Of a DNA stretch of 64,000 bases, positions 37,950 to 51,523 are shown piece by piece. The notes under the pieces are model-generated. The model saw nothing but the letters and a program-made list of their open reading frames with translations, was not told the DNA's origin and ran no database searches. The DNA is from Eledone cirrhosa (Eukaryota): assembly GCA_964016885.1 (NCBI GenBank), contig OZ024743.1, forward strand, positions 203,422,001 to 203,486,000. Reading direction: 5' to 3'. Position numbers and translations under genes: made by a program. Position 1 is the first letter of the stretch. Each line of letters opens with the position of its first letter.

Positions 37950-38142
37950 AATTTCTACTGTAGACAAAAGTCCAGCAAATTTTGTGAGTAAGGGAAAGTC
38001 GATTAAATCGACTCCATGGAATTATTGGTACTTCATTTTATCGTCGCCGTAAGGATGAAAGGCAAAGCTAACTTCGGCGAGATTTGAACTCAGAAAGCCA
38101 CGAAACATAGTGTCCGACTCTCTACCGATACTGCCAATCGGC
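37950..38142 (-). mobile_element. SINE family S1
   Basis: S1 body. Confidence 0.75.
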
Positions 38143-38189
38143 TGCTCTATAAATTCTACAATAATGATTCATGTTATTGATGATATTCT

Positions 38190-38760
38190 GTATGAAATAG
38201 GCGTTGCACGAGAAAGCCTCTGATCACTGCTATCAGATGTTGCCAGGTATGTGGTCAACGTAGGTAAAATGATAAAAATGCCTGTCTTAATTGTTTTCGT
38301 GTGACATGTGCAGTACATCTCCTTCATAATTGCACCCTAAGAGTCAACACTTTCTATGAAGACGTGAACCGTCTCATTTTATCGTTAAAAGCTTCAACTG
38401 TCAAACATCGCTCTAGAAAGGCGCTTTTCAAAGGTATCGGATTCCCTTCTGAAACAATAGTCACTCGATTATGCAATTGGGTCGAAGCAGTTGAATATTA
38501 TGCCAAGAATTTACGCTGCGTTCGTGAGATAATTAATGGAATGGATGAAGGAGGAATTCTTGTGGAAAAAGCTAAACGATGTGTCGATTCACCAACAATA
38601 GAAGCGAGATTGATACATAGTGCGATGTTATTTGCAGAAGGATTTAATTTTTAAAAAATCGGAGGATTCACAATATTCAATTAAGGAAGCATTTAAAATC
38701 TCAAAGATTTGAATTGTACCCCAGCTCTAGATTGCAGGAAATCTGTTAAACATTCTTACA
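38190..38760 (+). pseudogene. hAT-related (DUF659-like) transposase fragment
   Basis: LSDVARY...G, VTCAVHLLHN (CxxH), IVTRLCNW.EA..YYAKN; frameshifts and stops. Confidence 0.7.
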
Positions 38761-38779
38761 ATGTAAATGATGAACGATT

Positions 38780-38880
38780 ACATATGGGACGAGGAACATT
38801 CCTTTTTCTTTACAACCGTGCCACCGGGATATGGTCGATTGAAGTAAAACTCAAAATTAAGAGAAAGAGACAAAAAATAC
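38780..38880 (+). mobile_element. 3' tip of R4/Dong-like family A
   Basis: TTTACAACC.TGCCACC.GGA...CTCAAAATTAAGAGAAAGAGA matches 41500-41575, followed by CATA repeats. Confidence 0.7.
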
Positions 38881-38934
38881 ATACACACATACATGTTTAT
38901 ATATATATATATATATTCCATAGATACATACATG

Positions 38935-38965
<31 letters not shown>

Positions 38966-39082
38966 CATGCATACATACATACACAAATACATACATACAT
39001 ACATATATATATATTACATGCATACATACGTACATACATACATACATACATACATACATACATACATACATACATACATACA

Positions 39083-39115
<33 letters not shown>

Positions 39116-39154
39116 TACATACGTACATATATATATGCATGCATGCATACATAC

Positions 39155-39523
39155 ATGGTGGCTGCCAACTCGTTTTCGAGTACGGCCACCACTTTATATC
39201 CATGTAGGAGAACCCCTACCGATGCACTCTGGCAAAACACTACACTTGTGACAATTATTGACACAGTGCTGGGCCCATAGTACCATGTGACAACAAGTGC
39301 AGAGCGATCTCCAGATATAAAGCAATGCCTGTGCCGTGAAGCTTTTATAGTGAGCAAAGGCACTGCACAAAGCCAGTCCCACTCTCTTAACCAAGATGAT
39401 ATTTACCAAAAAGAAGAACAAGTCAACATCATTGGATACCATCAGGGTTGCAGGTATTATATCAGAGTTTTCCTTCTCCTAGAATTCTGCCTTGACAAAG
39501 GCTAAGGGGTCATCTCTCCCGGA
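39155..39523 (-). mobile_element. bipartite RTE-derived non-autonomous element, 5'-truncated
   Basis: same 3' end as the 44628 copy; (CATA)n flanks. Confidence 0.75.
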
Positions 39524-39644
39524 ATACATACATACATACATACATACAAACATGCATACATACATACATGCATACATACATACATACAAGCATGCATGCA
39601 TGCATACATATATACAAACATGCATGCATACATACATGCATACA

Positions 39645-39992
39645 TGGTGGCTGCAAACTCGTTTTCGAGTACGGCCACTACTTTATATCCATGTAAGAGA
39701 ACCCCTACCGATACGCTGAACGTTGCAGGTGTTATATCAGAGTTTTCCTTCTCCTAGAATTCTGACAAAAGCTAAGGGGTTATCTCTCCTGGTGATTTTG
39801 GATGGCCATTGACTCTTAAGAGCTCCTTTGGCCTTTGACAGGGTTTTTTTTTTTTGTCCTGCAGGATGTCCAAAGTCACCCTCCTCACCAAGAAACCTTG
39901 GTGGGGTTGCCAGTTTAGTCGCCAACGACCCGACCATGAGACAGGTTGTACTGGGATACATGTTACAAGTAGCACCAACTGGTGACCTGACA
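39645..39992 (-). mobile_element. bipartite RTE-derived element, internally deleted
   Basis: both termini present, middle missing; (CATA)n flanks. Confidence 0.75.
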
Positions 39993-40069
39993 TACCTGGC
40001 ATACATACATACATACATACATACATACATACATACATACATACATACATACATACATACATACATACA

Positions 40070-40602
40070 TGGTGGCTGCCAACTCGTTTTCGAGTACGGC
40101 CACTACTTTATATCCATGTAGGAGAACCCCTACCGAAGCGCTGAACGAGTGTGACTTTTTAGTCCAGCCAACGACTTGAAAACTCTGGTACAAACACTAC
40201 ACTTGTGACAATTATTGACACATAGTGCTGGGCCCATGGTACCATGTGAGGACAAGTGCAGAGAGATCTCCAGATATAAAGCAATGCCTGTGCCGTGAAG
40301 CTTTTATAGTGAGCAAAGGCACTGCACAAAGCCAGTCCCACTCTCTTAACCAAGATGATATTTACCAAAAAGAAGAACAAGTCAACATCATTGGATACCA
40401 TCAGGGTTGCAGGTGTTATATCAGAGTTTTCCTTCTCCTAGAATTCTGCCTTGACAAAGGCTAAGGGGTCATCTCTCCCGGTGATTTTGGATGGCCATTG
40501 ACTCTTAAGAGCTCCTTTGCCCTTTGACAGGTTTTGTTTTTAGTCCTGCAGGATGTCCAAAGTCACCCTCCTCACCAAGAAACCTTGGTGAGGAGGGTGA
40601 CT
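40070..40602 (-). mobile_element. bipartite RTE-derived element, 5'-truncated with a terminal hairpin
   Basis: ends in GTCACCCTCCTCACCAAG-AAAC-CTTGGTGAGGAGGGTGAC; (CATA)n flanks. Confidence 0.75.
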
Positions 40603-40705
40603 ACATACATACATACATACATACATACATACATACATACATACATACATACATACATACTACATACATACATACATACATACATACATACATACATACA
40701 TACAT

Positions 40706-41575
40706 AAAAAAAATTGACCAATTTACAGAAAAAGTTGTGCATGGATACTTGAGGCGTAAAACACAGACCATAGAGGGGATAAACCACTCAAAAAGCCTGG
40801 CATGGAGTTCCGACAAGTTTATGACATCACACCTTGAGGGATATCTCTATGCAATACAGGAACAAGAACTCCCTACCAAATATCTGCTGCACAAAAGAGG
40901 AGGGCCAGCAGCTGACAATAGATGTAGGCTATGTAAAACAAAGATCGAGGATGTAAGCCACATTGTTGCCAGCTGCGAAAGAATGTCATCTCGCTACTAC
41001 CTCCCCATGAGACACGATGGGATAGCTAGAACCATCTGGAACGCACTTCGGAAAACAAAATCAACAACAAACGAGGAAGAATATATTGAGACAGATGGCA
41101 CTAAGGAATACTGGTGGAACCTGAAAATAAAAACTGCCACCAAATTAAAGCACAACCGGCCTGATATTGTAGTTTGGGACCACACATTGAAAACGTGTTC
41201 TGTTGTGGAGATCAGCTGCCCACTTGATGTAAACGTTGTCAGAAAAATACAGGAGAAGGAGGACATCTACGGACCATTGATGAGGAGTTTACAAATCCAG
41301 TATCCAAGATACACCTTTAGCTTCATACCCATCATTATTGGTGCTACGGGTTATATACCAACCCGCTTGGACCAAAGTATGACTGAACTTGGATTTGCGG
41401 ACAAAAAGCGCAGCTCCCTAATTCATAGTCTACAAATGGCTGCGATAGCTGGCACCTTCAAAATTTGCAAAACATTCTTGCGATTCAAGGGATGACAATT
41501 TCTTTTCTTTTACAACCTTGCCACCAGGAAGGTGGCCGGTCAAAAAATATACTCAAAATTAAGAGAAAGAGAAGA
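40706..41575 (+). mobile_element. 5'-truncated R4/Dong-like non-LTR retrotransposon (family A)
   Basis: AIQEQ, CRLC...EDVSHIVASC, RHD, NRPDIVVWD...VVEISCP, KEDIY (CCHC + RLE). Confidence 0.9.
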
Positions 41576-41580
41576 CATAC

Positions 41581-44500
41581 AACGCTTAATGTTGGAATTG
41601 GAAGCGGTGAACGAAATAGCTGGCAGTTATCTGAAGGCTATACGATGTAAAGGTGTAGAAACGACATTTGAAACGCTTAATGTTTTGTTATATGTTTCAG
41701 CTGTCACATTGCTATCATATAACACACATCTAAAACCACGCAATCAAGATACAAACGGAAAGCCTGAACCAGCGTGGATGCGAAATTTAAAAACCAAAAT
41801 TTTGTCCCTGAGACGAAGTATCTCACACATCGCAGTCGTTATGAAATGCAACATAGAGAGCAACTTCACACGACACCAGGAAGACCTAAAGAAAAAGTTA
41901 GAGAGACGATTTGGAGATACAAAATTTAAAACTTTGAACTCCAAATTACACCAGTTGAAACAACAACTCACAACTACAACAGAAAGACTAAAATATAAGT
42001 CAACAGCACATAAACGACAAGTGCTAAATAGATTGTTTGCCAGAGATCCTAAATCAGTTTATCGCAGCTTTGGTGGCAAAAGCTCAATCCCTGTAAACGA
42101 CACCCCTTCAAAAGAACAGGTTGAGAGCTACTGGAGATCTGTATGGGAAACGGATGACGGATTCAACAGACAAGCTAATTGGCTAAAAGAACTGGAACAG
42201 GACTACTGCCAACATGTCCAGACAAAACAATATGACATAGATGGGTCAATACTGGAAACAGCTCTACAGAAAATGTCGAATAGGAAATCACCAGGCCCAG
42301 ACCTCATTACAGAATACTGGTTGAAGAATTTCACTTTCTATCGGCAAGATCTCATACGGCTGTTTACAGAAACCATTAAGGGCACACAAGAACTGCCCAG
42401 ATGGTTATCAACTGCCACTACTCTCCTCATTCCCAAAAATAGCCAAACCACCCTTGCTAAAAATTACCGCCCAATTGCCTGCCAAAACATCATGTATAAA
42501 TTATATACTGGGTGCCTTAACCTGTTCTTACAGGATCACTGTGCTACCAACAACATCATAACACCTGAGCAAGCTGGTGGAAAGAGGGAGGTGTGGGGTT
42601 GCATAGATCACCTACTAACTAACAAAATGATTCAGGAAAAAACAACAAAGAATCGCAGAAACATGACTGTGGTGTGGCTGGACTATCAAAAAGCATTTGA
42701 TAGTGTACCTCATGGGTGGATTATTAAGGCTTTACAGTTAGCTAAAGTCCCACAACCATTGGTAGCTGCTGTTGAATGCCTGACCAAGAACTGGTACACC
42801 AATTTGATCCTTAGAGGTGAGAAGGAGCACGTTAAGACTGATAAGATACATTACCAGAAGGGCATCTTTCAGGGTGATAGCTTGTCAGTGCTACTCTTCG
42901 TTCTCTCACTGAATCCACTATCTTACCTACTCAGGAAACAAGGTGGACAAAGAAGTGGGCCCAGAAGTATCTCCCATCTTTTCTTTGTTGATGACCTGAA
43001 GTTGTATGGGCCAAATATCAATGACATCAAGAAACAATTGAACCTCATTACACAATTTTCAACCGACATCAAAATGAAATTTGGTGAGTCCAAGTGTGCA
43101 TATTTGGCAGTAAAACGTGGAAGAGCTGTGCCCTCCTCTAGAAATCTAGAGATGAACGGCCTGGCAATACAACCTCTGCAGTCAGGTGACAACTACAGAT
43201 ATCTTGGACAGGATGAGAATGTCAGATATGACGGACCCATAAATAAGGAGAGAACCAGAACTGAATACCTCAGAAGAGTAAAGAAAATATGGTCATCAGA
43301 ACTGTCAGCATACAACAAATACATTGCCCACAATACTTATGCTGTGCCAATTCTAACGCCAACATTTGGCCTACTGAACTGGTCATTGCAAGAACTAAGT
43401 GAGATGGATGTTAGAACTCGAAAACTTCTCAGTGTTACTGGCAACTTTAACATCAATGGTGATGTGGATAGGCTATACTTCTCACGCAAGGAAGGTGGCC
43501 GGGGTCTAAAATCAATATTAACAACATATGAGACCCGGATAGTAACACTGAAGCAACACCTTCAGCAGAGGAAAAAGTTTGGCAACCATCTTGCCCAGAT
43601 TTATGAGCATGAAAAAAGAAATATCATTAGAATAGCGACTGATCTGGAGGAGAGATGTGGAATAAAGCCTGATATAAATCTCTCACCCAGAGAAATCGGA
43701 AGATCCTATTCAATGTTCAAACAAGATAATAAAATTGACCAATTTACAGAAAAAGTTCTGCATGGATACTTGAGGCGTAAAACACAGACCATAGAGGGGA
43801 TAAACCACTCAAAAAGCCTGGCATGGAGTTCCGACAAGTTTATGACATCACACCTTGAGGGATATCTCTATGCAATACAGGAACAAGAACTCCCTACCAA
43901 ATATCTGCTGCACAAAAGAGGAGGGCCAGCAGCTGACAATAAATGTAGGCTATGTAAAACAAAGATCGAGGATGTAAGCCACATTGTTGCCAGCTGCGAA
44001 AGAATGTCATCTCGCTACTACCTCCCCATGAGACACGATGGGATAGCTAGAACCATCTGGAACGCACTTCGGAAAACAAAATTAACAACAAACGAGGAAG
44101 AATATATTGAGACAGATGGCACTAAGGAATACTGGTGAAACCTGAAAATAAAAACTGCCACCAAATTAAAGCACAACCGGCCTGATATTGTAGTTTGGGA
44201 CCACACATTGAAAACGTGTTCTGTTGTGGAGATCAGCTGCCCACTTGATGTAAACATTGTCAGAAAAATACAGGAGAAGGAGGACATCTACGGACCATTG
44301 ATGAGGAGTTTACAAATCCAGTATCCAAGATACACCTTTAGCTTCATACCCATCATTATTGGTGCTACGGGTTATATACCAACCGGCTTGGACCAAAGTA
44401 TGACTGAACTTGGATTTGCGGACAAAAAGCGCAGCTCCCTAATTCATAGTCTGCAAATGGCTGCGATAGCTGGCACCTTCAAAATTTGCAAAACATTCTT

Positions 44501-44597
44501 GCGATTCAAGGAATGAGAATTTCTTTTCTTTTACAACCTTGCCACCAGGAAGGTGGCCGGTCAAAACAATATACTCGAAATTAAGAGAAAGAGAAAA
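41581..44597 (+). mobile_element. long R4/Dong-like retrotransposon (family A): RT + CCHC + RLE, one premature stop
   Basis: KSPGPD, NYRPIACQN, WLDYQKAFDSVPH, KGIFQGDSLS, HLFFVDDLKLY, YRYLG, GGRGL, CCHC, RPD..E; TGA at 44136-44138 where the 40706 copy has TGG; (CATA)n tail. Confidence 0.92.
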
Positions 44598-44627
44598 CAT
44601 ACATACATAAATACATACATACATACA

Positions 44628-45236
44628 TGGTGGCTGCCAACTCGTTTTCGAGTACGGCCACTACTTTATATCCATGTACGAGAACCCCTACCGATGCGTG
44701 GAACGAGTGTGACTTTTTAGTCCAGCCAGCGACTTGAAAACTCTGGTACAAACACTACACTCGTGACAATTATTGACACATAGTGCTCGGCCCATGGTAC
44801 CATGTGACGACAAGTGCAGAGAGATCTCCAGATATAAAGCAATGCCTGTGCTGTGAAGCTTTTATAGTGAGCAAAGGCACTGCACAAAGCCAGTCCCACT
44901 CTCTTAACCAAAATGATATTTACCAAAAAGAAGAACAAGTCAACATCATTGGATACCATCAGGGTTGCAGGTGTTATATCAGAGTTTTCCTTCTCCTAGA
45001 ATTCTGCCTTGACAAAGGCTAAGGGGTCATCTCTCCCTCTGATTTTGGATGGCCATTGATTCTTAAGAGCTCCTTTGCCCTTTGACAGGTTTTGTTTTTA
45101 GTCCTGCAGGATGTCCAAAGTCACTCTCCTCACCAAGAAACCTCGGTGAAGTTGCCAGTTTAGTCGCCAACGCCCCGACCATGAGACAGGTTGTACTGGG
45201 ATACATGTTACCAGTAGCACCAACTGGTCACCTGAC
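44628..45236 (-). mobile_element. full-length ~610-bp bipartite RTE-derived non-autonomous element
   Basis: minus strand: GGCGACTAAA motif and CTAGGAGAAGGAAAACTCTGA (RTE 5' UTR-type motif), 3' C2H2 remnant CSVCTRVFKSLAGLKSH, (TATG)n tail. Confidence 0.75.
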
Positions 45237-45315
45237 ATACATACATACATACATACATACATACATACATACATACATACATACATACATACATACACAT
45301 ATACAAACACACATA

Positions 45316-47685
45316 TCAGTCAACGCGATCAGTCGAATATTTTGGCGTGGGAGACTATTTATTAAATTTAAGATGAATACTATCTCCGACAGTAATGCCA
45401 CAACTACAGCCAGGCTGAATAACTGGTTATTCTGCTAACTATCCCTTCTGAAGACACCTTTTATTCGAATTCGTAGAGATATCCGACTAAATACATAATT
45501 CATTTTACAAGGATTTGCTACAAACAGCATGGCTGAACACAACATCAACATCAAAATTAAGGAAGAATCGAAGACAAATAACAAAGAAGGTAATAAAACT
45601 TTATTCAGTTGTAGCTACAGAAGAAACCGAAATTATAAATCGCATTTCTCTTGGAGCTGCGAACTTAATAACGATTTATTTAATTGTTATAAAATGGCAA
45701 AAAACAATCCGTCCATTGGCTATATGAATAGAATGAAGCTACACTGGGACGAAATGCACCAAGAGCTAAATTATTTCACAGCAAAACAATTACGCCAACA
45801 AGCAACGTTTGTTTAACGTAAAAATAAGATAAATATTATTAATTGTAAGTCCCCCACAAACATGGAAACAACAACACGTGCTACTTTCTTTGTGGACGAT
45901 ATTAAACTCTATGCCAAGAACATCGATGGGATGAAGAAAAATCTTGACCTGGTTACAACGTTCTCAAAGAATATAGGAATGGAGTTTGGCCAAGATAAAT
46001 GCTCATACATGACTGTAAAGCGGGGAAAGACAACAACCCAATCTAGCAACATTGTCATCAATGGTCTAACTGATTCACCGATATCTGATAAGGACTGCTA
46101 CTGATACCTGGGGATAGATGAGAACATATCCTATAATGGTATCTGTAATAAAGAACGCGTAAGCAGGGAATACTACACCCGATTAAGAAAGATCTGGTCA
46201 TCGGAACTCTCTGCTCAAAACAAAACAGTTGCTCACAATGTGTTTGCTGTGCCTGTCCTAACACCAACGTTTGGAATACTCAATTGGACGATAGACGAAA
46301 ACCGAGCAGTTGATGTTGGAACTCGAAAAATACTGAACAACACCGGAAACTTCCACATCAACAGTGACATAGAACGGCTTTACTTGAAACGCAAGCAGGG
46401 AGGCAGAGGCCTAACATCAGTCCAGACAACATTTGAATGTCGCATCATATCTCTCCGACAGCATCTACGAACCTCGAAGCGTAGGAGCCCGCTTCTCCAG
46501 CAAGTCTATCTGCATGAAACAGATAAGATCATGAGAGTTGGAAACGAACTCCTTGAGAGATATTTCCTGTGTGATAATCAAAAACTCACACCCGGCGATG
46601 TCGCTCAGCAGTATCGCAGTGAATCCATGGATGAAAAACTGCATGCCTATCAGCAAAAAATCATGCATGGATATGTTGCCAGGAAGCTCCAGAGTGAGAG
46701 TAATATAGATAAGGAAAGTAGTCTATATTGGACCAACAACCGCTATATTGGCTCCCACTTTGAAGGATACGCTTTTGCAATCCAAGAACAGGAGTTTAGC
46801 ACGAAATACCTGATTCACAAAAGAGATAGGGATGCAGGCAAAACACCTAGATGTGATAACAAGTGCAGACTCTGCAGAACTAACATCGAGGATATGACCC
46901 TGTCCTCAGGAGCTGTCCAAAGATGTCATCTCGGTACTATCTACCTATGAGGCATGATATAGTGGCCAAAACACTGTACAATGCAGTTCGTAAAAAAGAT
47001 AGCCCGATAATAAACACATTAAAAGCTACTACAATGTGGAAGACATCCATGTACATAATATGAAAGAGTACTGATGGAATGTTCCAGTAAAAACCCCAAT
47101 AAAATGCAGGCATAACAGACCAGATATTATGATATGGGACAGGGAGAAGAAAACATGCACAGTAGTGGAAATTAGCTGCCCAGCAGATGCCAATATAATA
47201 TCAAAGATGTGTGAAAAGGAGAATATTTATGCAGGACCAATGAGAAATCTGCAGATACTCCACCCTGATTACACCTTCAGATTTATGCCTGTGATTATTG
47301 GAGAACTGGGATATGTTAGTAACTGCCTCAATACACATCTTGAGAAGCTAGGCTTCACAGGAACAGAAAGAACACAACTAATTAGGAAATTACAAGTACG
47401 ATCCATTAATGGAACAGTAAAAATATATAAAATATTCCAAAACCTTTGCATCTAATAACTGCATATACACATGTACAGATACAAAGCATATACAGATGCA
47501 CACATACAACTCAAAACATACACATCCACACATGCAATAACATCCATATCTACACATTCATGCATACATACATATCTACCTAGTTGATGTTGTGTAAATT
47601 CCAATGAGAGAGTATTGTGTCTATGTTAGAAACCGACTCTCCCTCTATTGGTAAAACTTTGTGAACTTATAAAACCAGAAGAACA
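45316..47685 (+). mobile_element. R4/Dong-like family B, internally deleted copy retaining the N-terminus
   Basis: W..ELN...CY.....GYMNRM..HW...L.QQ N-terminal motif joined at ~45880 to FFVDDIKLY; CRLC, RHNRPDI..WD; multiple stops. Confidence 0.85.
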
Positions 47686-47712
47686 TACATATATACATAT
47701 GTATTTGTAATT

Positions 47713-49032
47713 AGGAACGCGTAACCAGGTAATATTACACCCGATTAAGAAAAATTTGGTCATCGGAACTCTCTGAACGTAATAAAATAGTGGCTCACAA
47801 TGTGTTTGCTGTGTCTGTCCTAACACCAACGTTTGGAATAGTCAATTTGGCGATAGACAAAATCCGAGCAATTGGTGTTAGGACTCGAAAAATAATAAAG
47901 AACACCGGAAACTTCCACATCACTAGTGTCATAGACCGCCTCTAATTGAAACGTAAGCAAGGGGGCAGAGGCCTAACATCAGTTCTGACAGCATTTGATT
48001 GTCGCATCTTATCCCTCCGACATCTACAAAATTCCAAGTTTAGGAGCCCATCTATCGAGTAGGTCTCTCTGCATGAGACAGATAAGATATGAGAGTCGCG
48101 AAGGAGCTCCTTGAAAGATATTCCCTGCATGATAATCAAAATCTCACACTCAGGGAAGATTCCCAGCAGTACCGCAGTGAATCCATGGATGAAAAACTGC
48201 ATGCTTATCACCAAAGGATCATACATAGATATGTTGCCAGGAAGCTCCAGTGTGAGAGTAATATAGATAAAAATAGTATTCTATCTTGGACCAACAACTG
48301 CTATATTGGCACCCACTTCGAAGGATACGCTTTTGCAATCCAAGAACAGGAAATCAACACAAAATACCTGATGTGACAACATATGCAGACTCCGCAGAAT
48401 TAACATGAAAGATGTCACCCATGTCATCAGCAGATGTCCAACGATGACATCGCAGTACTATCTACCTATAAGGCATGATGTAGTGGCCAAAACACTGTAC
48501 AATGCATTCTGTAGAAAAGATGGCCCCGATAATAAACACATTAAAAGAAACAGCAATGTGGAAGACATACATGTACATAATATGAAAGAGTACTGGTGGC
48601 ATGTTCCAGTAAAAACCCCAATAAAATGCAGGCATAACAGACCTGATATAATGATATGGGACAGGGAAAAGAAGTCATGCACAGCAGTGGAAGTTAGCTG
48701 GCCAGCAGATGACAATATAATATCAAATATTAGCAAAAAGGGGAATATCTACGCAGAACTAATGTAAAACATTCCAAAAATTGTGCATCTAATAATTGCA
48801 TATACACATGTATAGATACAAAGCGTATGCACATGCACACATACAACTCAAAACATACACATCCTCACATACAATAACATCCATACCTGCACAGACATGC
48901 ATGCATGCAGACATGCAGACAAATCTATCTAGTTGATGTAGTTTAAATTCCAATGAAAGAGTCTTGTATCTATGTTAGAAACCGACTCTCTTTCTATTGG
49001 CAAAAATTTGTGAAATTATAAAACCAAAAGAA
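47713..49032 (+). mobile_element. R4/Dong-like family B, 5'-truncated and decayed
   Basis: homologous to 46150-47685; AIQEQEI, RHD, RHNRPDI; (CATA)n tail. Confidence 0.85.
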
Positions 49033-49116
49033 CATACATACATGCATACATACATACATACATACATACATACATACATACATACATACATACATACATA
49101 CATACATACATACATA

Positions 49117-51428
49117 AAAACTGATATTCTAGCGGAGGTATCTTACTGACCTCTACCAACAAGTTCTTAAGGGAAATACACTTATACCAAAATGGTTGAC
49201 ATTAGCACAAACATTACTAGTCCCCAAGAACAAAGAGATCCACTTGGCAAAAAACTACCGACCAATTGCATGCCAGAACCTGATGTATAAGATGTATACA
49301 GCCTGCCTGAACCTATTCCTCCAAGAAATAATAACATCATCACAGATGAACAAGCAGCTGGAAAGAAAAGGGTTTGGGGATGTGCTGAACAACTCCTAAT
49401 AAAAAAAGCTGCGATGTCGGAAGTGCGACAACTTAGGAGGAATATGACTACAGTCTGGCTGGACTACAGGAAAGCTTTCGATTCTGTTCCCCACTCTTGG
49501 ATGATAGAGGCCCTCCAACTTTCTAAAGTCCCAGGCATTATTGTCAGAGCCACAGAGAGGCTGTCTTCTTCTTGGGCTACTATCCTAAGTTTAGAGACAG
49601 AGAGGGAGGACTCTATTTTCACTGATAGAATAAAATATTGCAGGGGTATATTTCAGGGGGACAGCCTCTCTGTGATATTATTCATCTTGTCATTAACCCC
49701 CCTGTCCTTTCTACTCAAGAAATGTGAGGGATACATCATTGGCTCACAGGAGGACAGAAATACGAACTTAATCCATAATTTCTCTGTGGACGATCTGAAA
49801 CTCTATGCCAAGAACATGGATGGGAGGAAGAAAAATCTTGACCTGGTTACAACGTTCTCAAAGGTTGTAGGAATGGAGTTTGGCAAAGATAAATGTCCAT
49901 ACATGACTGTAAAGCGGGGAAAAACAACAACCCAATCTAGCAACATTGTTATCAATGGCCTAACTGTTTCACCGATATCTGATGAGGACAGCTACAGATA
50001 CCTGGGGATAGATGAGAACATATCCTATAATGGTATCTGTAATAAAGAACGCGGAACCAGGGAATACTACACCCGATTAAGAAAGATCTGGTCATCGGAA
50101 CTCTCTGCACAAAACAAAACAGTGGCTCACAATGTGTTTGCTGTGCCTGTTTTAACACCAACGTTTGGAATACTCAATTGGACGATAGACGAAATACGAG
50201 CAGTTAATGTTGGAACTCGAAAAGTACTAAACAACACCGGAAACTTCCACATCAACAGTGACATAGGCCGCCTTTACTTGAAGCGTAAGCAGGGAGGCAG
50301 AGGCCCAACATCAGTCCAGACAACATTTAAATGTCGCATCATATCTCTCCGACAACATCTAGGAACCTCGAAGGGTTGGAGCCCGTTGCTAGAGCAAGTC
50401 TATCTGAATGAAACAGATAAGATCATGAGAGTTGAGAAGGAACTCCTTGAGAGATATTCCCTGTGTGATAATCAAAACCTCACACCCGGGGATGTCGCTC
50501 AGCAGTATCGCAGTGAATCCATGAATGAAAAGCTGCATGCCTATCAGCAAAACATCATGCATGGATATGTTGCCAGGAAGCTCCAGAGTGAGAGTAATAT
50601 AGATAAGGAAAGCAGTCTATCTTGGACCAACAACCGCTATATTGGCTCCCACTTTGAAGGATACGCTTTTGCAATCCAGGAACAGGAGATTAACACGAAA
50701 TACCTGATTCACAAAAGAGATAGGGATGCAGGCAAACACCTAGATGTGATAAAAAGTGCAGACGCTGCAGAACTAACATCGAGGATATCACCCTTGTCAT
50801 CAGCAGCTGTCCAAAGATGTCATCGCGGTACTATCTACCTATGAGGTATGATGTAGTGGCCAAAACACAGTAAAATGCAGTTCGTAAAAAAGAGAGCCCC
50901 GATAATAAACACATTAAAAGCTACAACAATGTGGAAGACATCCATGTACATAATATGAAAGATTAGTGAAAAGGAGAATATTTATGCAGAACTGATGAGA
51001 AGTCTGCAGATACTCCACCCTGATTACACCTTCAGATTTATGCCTGTGATTATTGGGGCACTGGGATATGTTAGTAACTGCCTCAATACACATCTTGAGA
51101 AGCTAGGCTTCACAGGAACCGAAAGAACACAACTAGTTAGGAAACTACAAGTACAATCCATTAATGGAACAGTAAAAATATGTAAAACATTCCAAAAATG
51201 TTGCATCTACTAACTGCATATACACATGTACAGATACAAAGCACACATACAACTCAAAACATACACATCCACACATACAATAACATCCATATCTACACAT
51301 TCATGCATACATACATATCTACCTAGTTGATGTTGTGTAAATTCCAATGAGAGAGTATTGTGTCTATGTTAGAAACCGACTCTCTCTCTATTGGTAAAAC
51401 TTTGTGAAATTATAAAACCAGAAGAACA
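49117..51428 (+). mobile_element. R4/Dong-like family B, 5'-truncated, RT largely intact
   Basis: NYRPIACQN, WLDYRKAFDSVPH, RGIFQGDSLS, VDDLKLY; deletion in the RLE region; (CATA)n on both flanks. Confidence 0.9.
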
Positions 51429-51492
51429 TACATACATACATTCATGCATACATACATACATACATACATACATACATACATACATACATACA

Positions 51493-51523
<31 letters not shown>

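Noticed and set aside
41532-41580. Listed start of the 868-aa ORF (and of the 323-aa ORF at 40524)
   Set aside because: These starts lie in the 3' UTR of the preceding copy or in a neighbouring element and microsatellite; they are chance read-ins to 5'-truncated copies.
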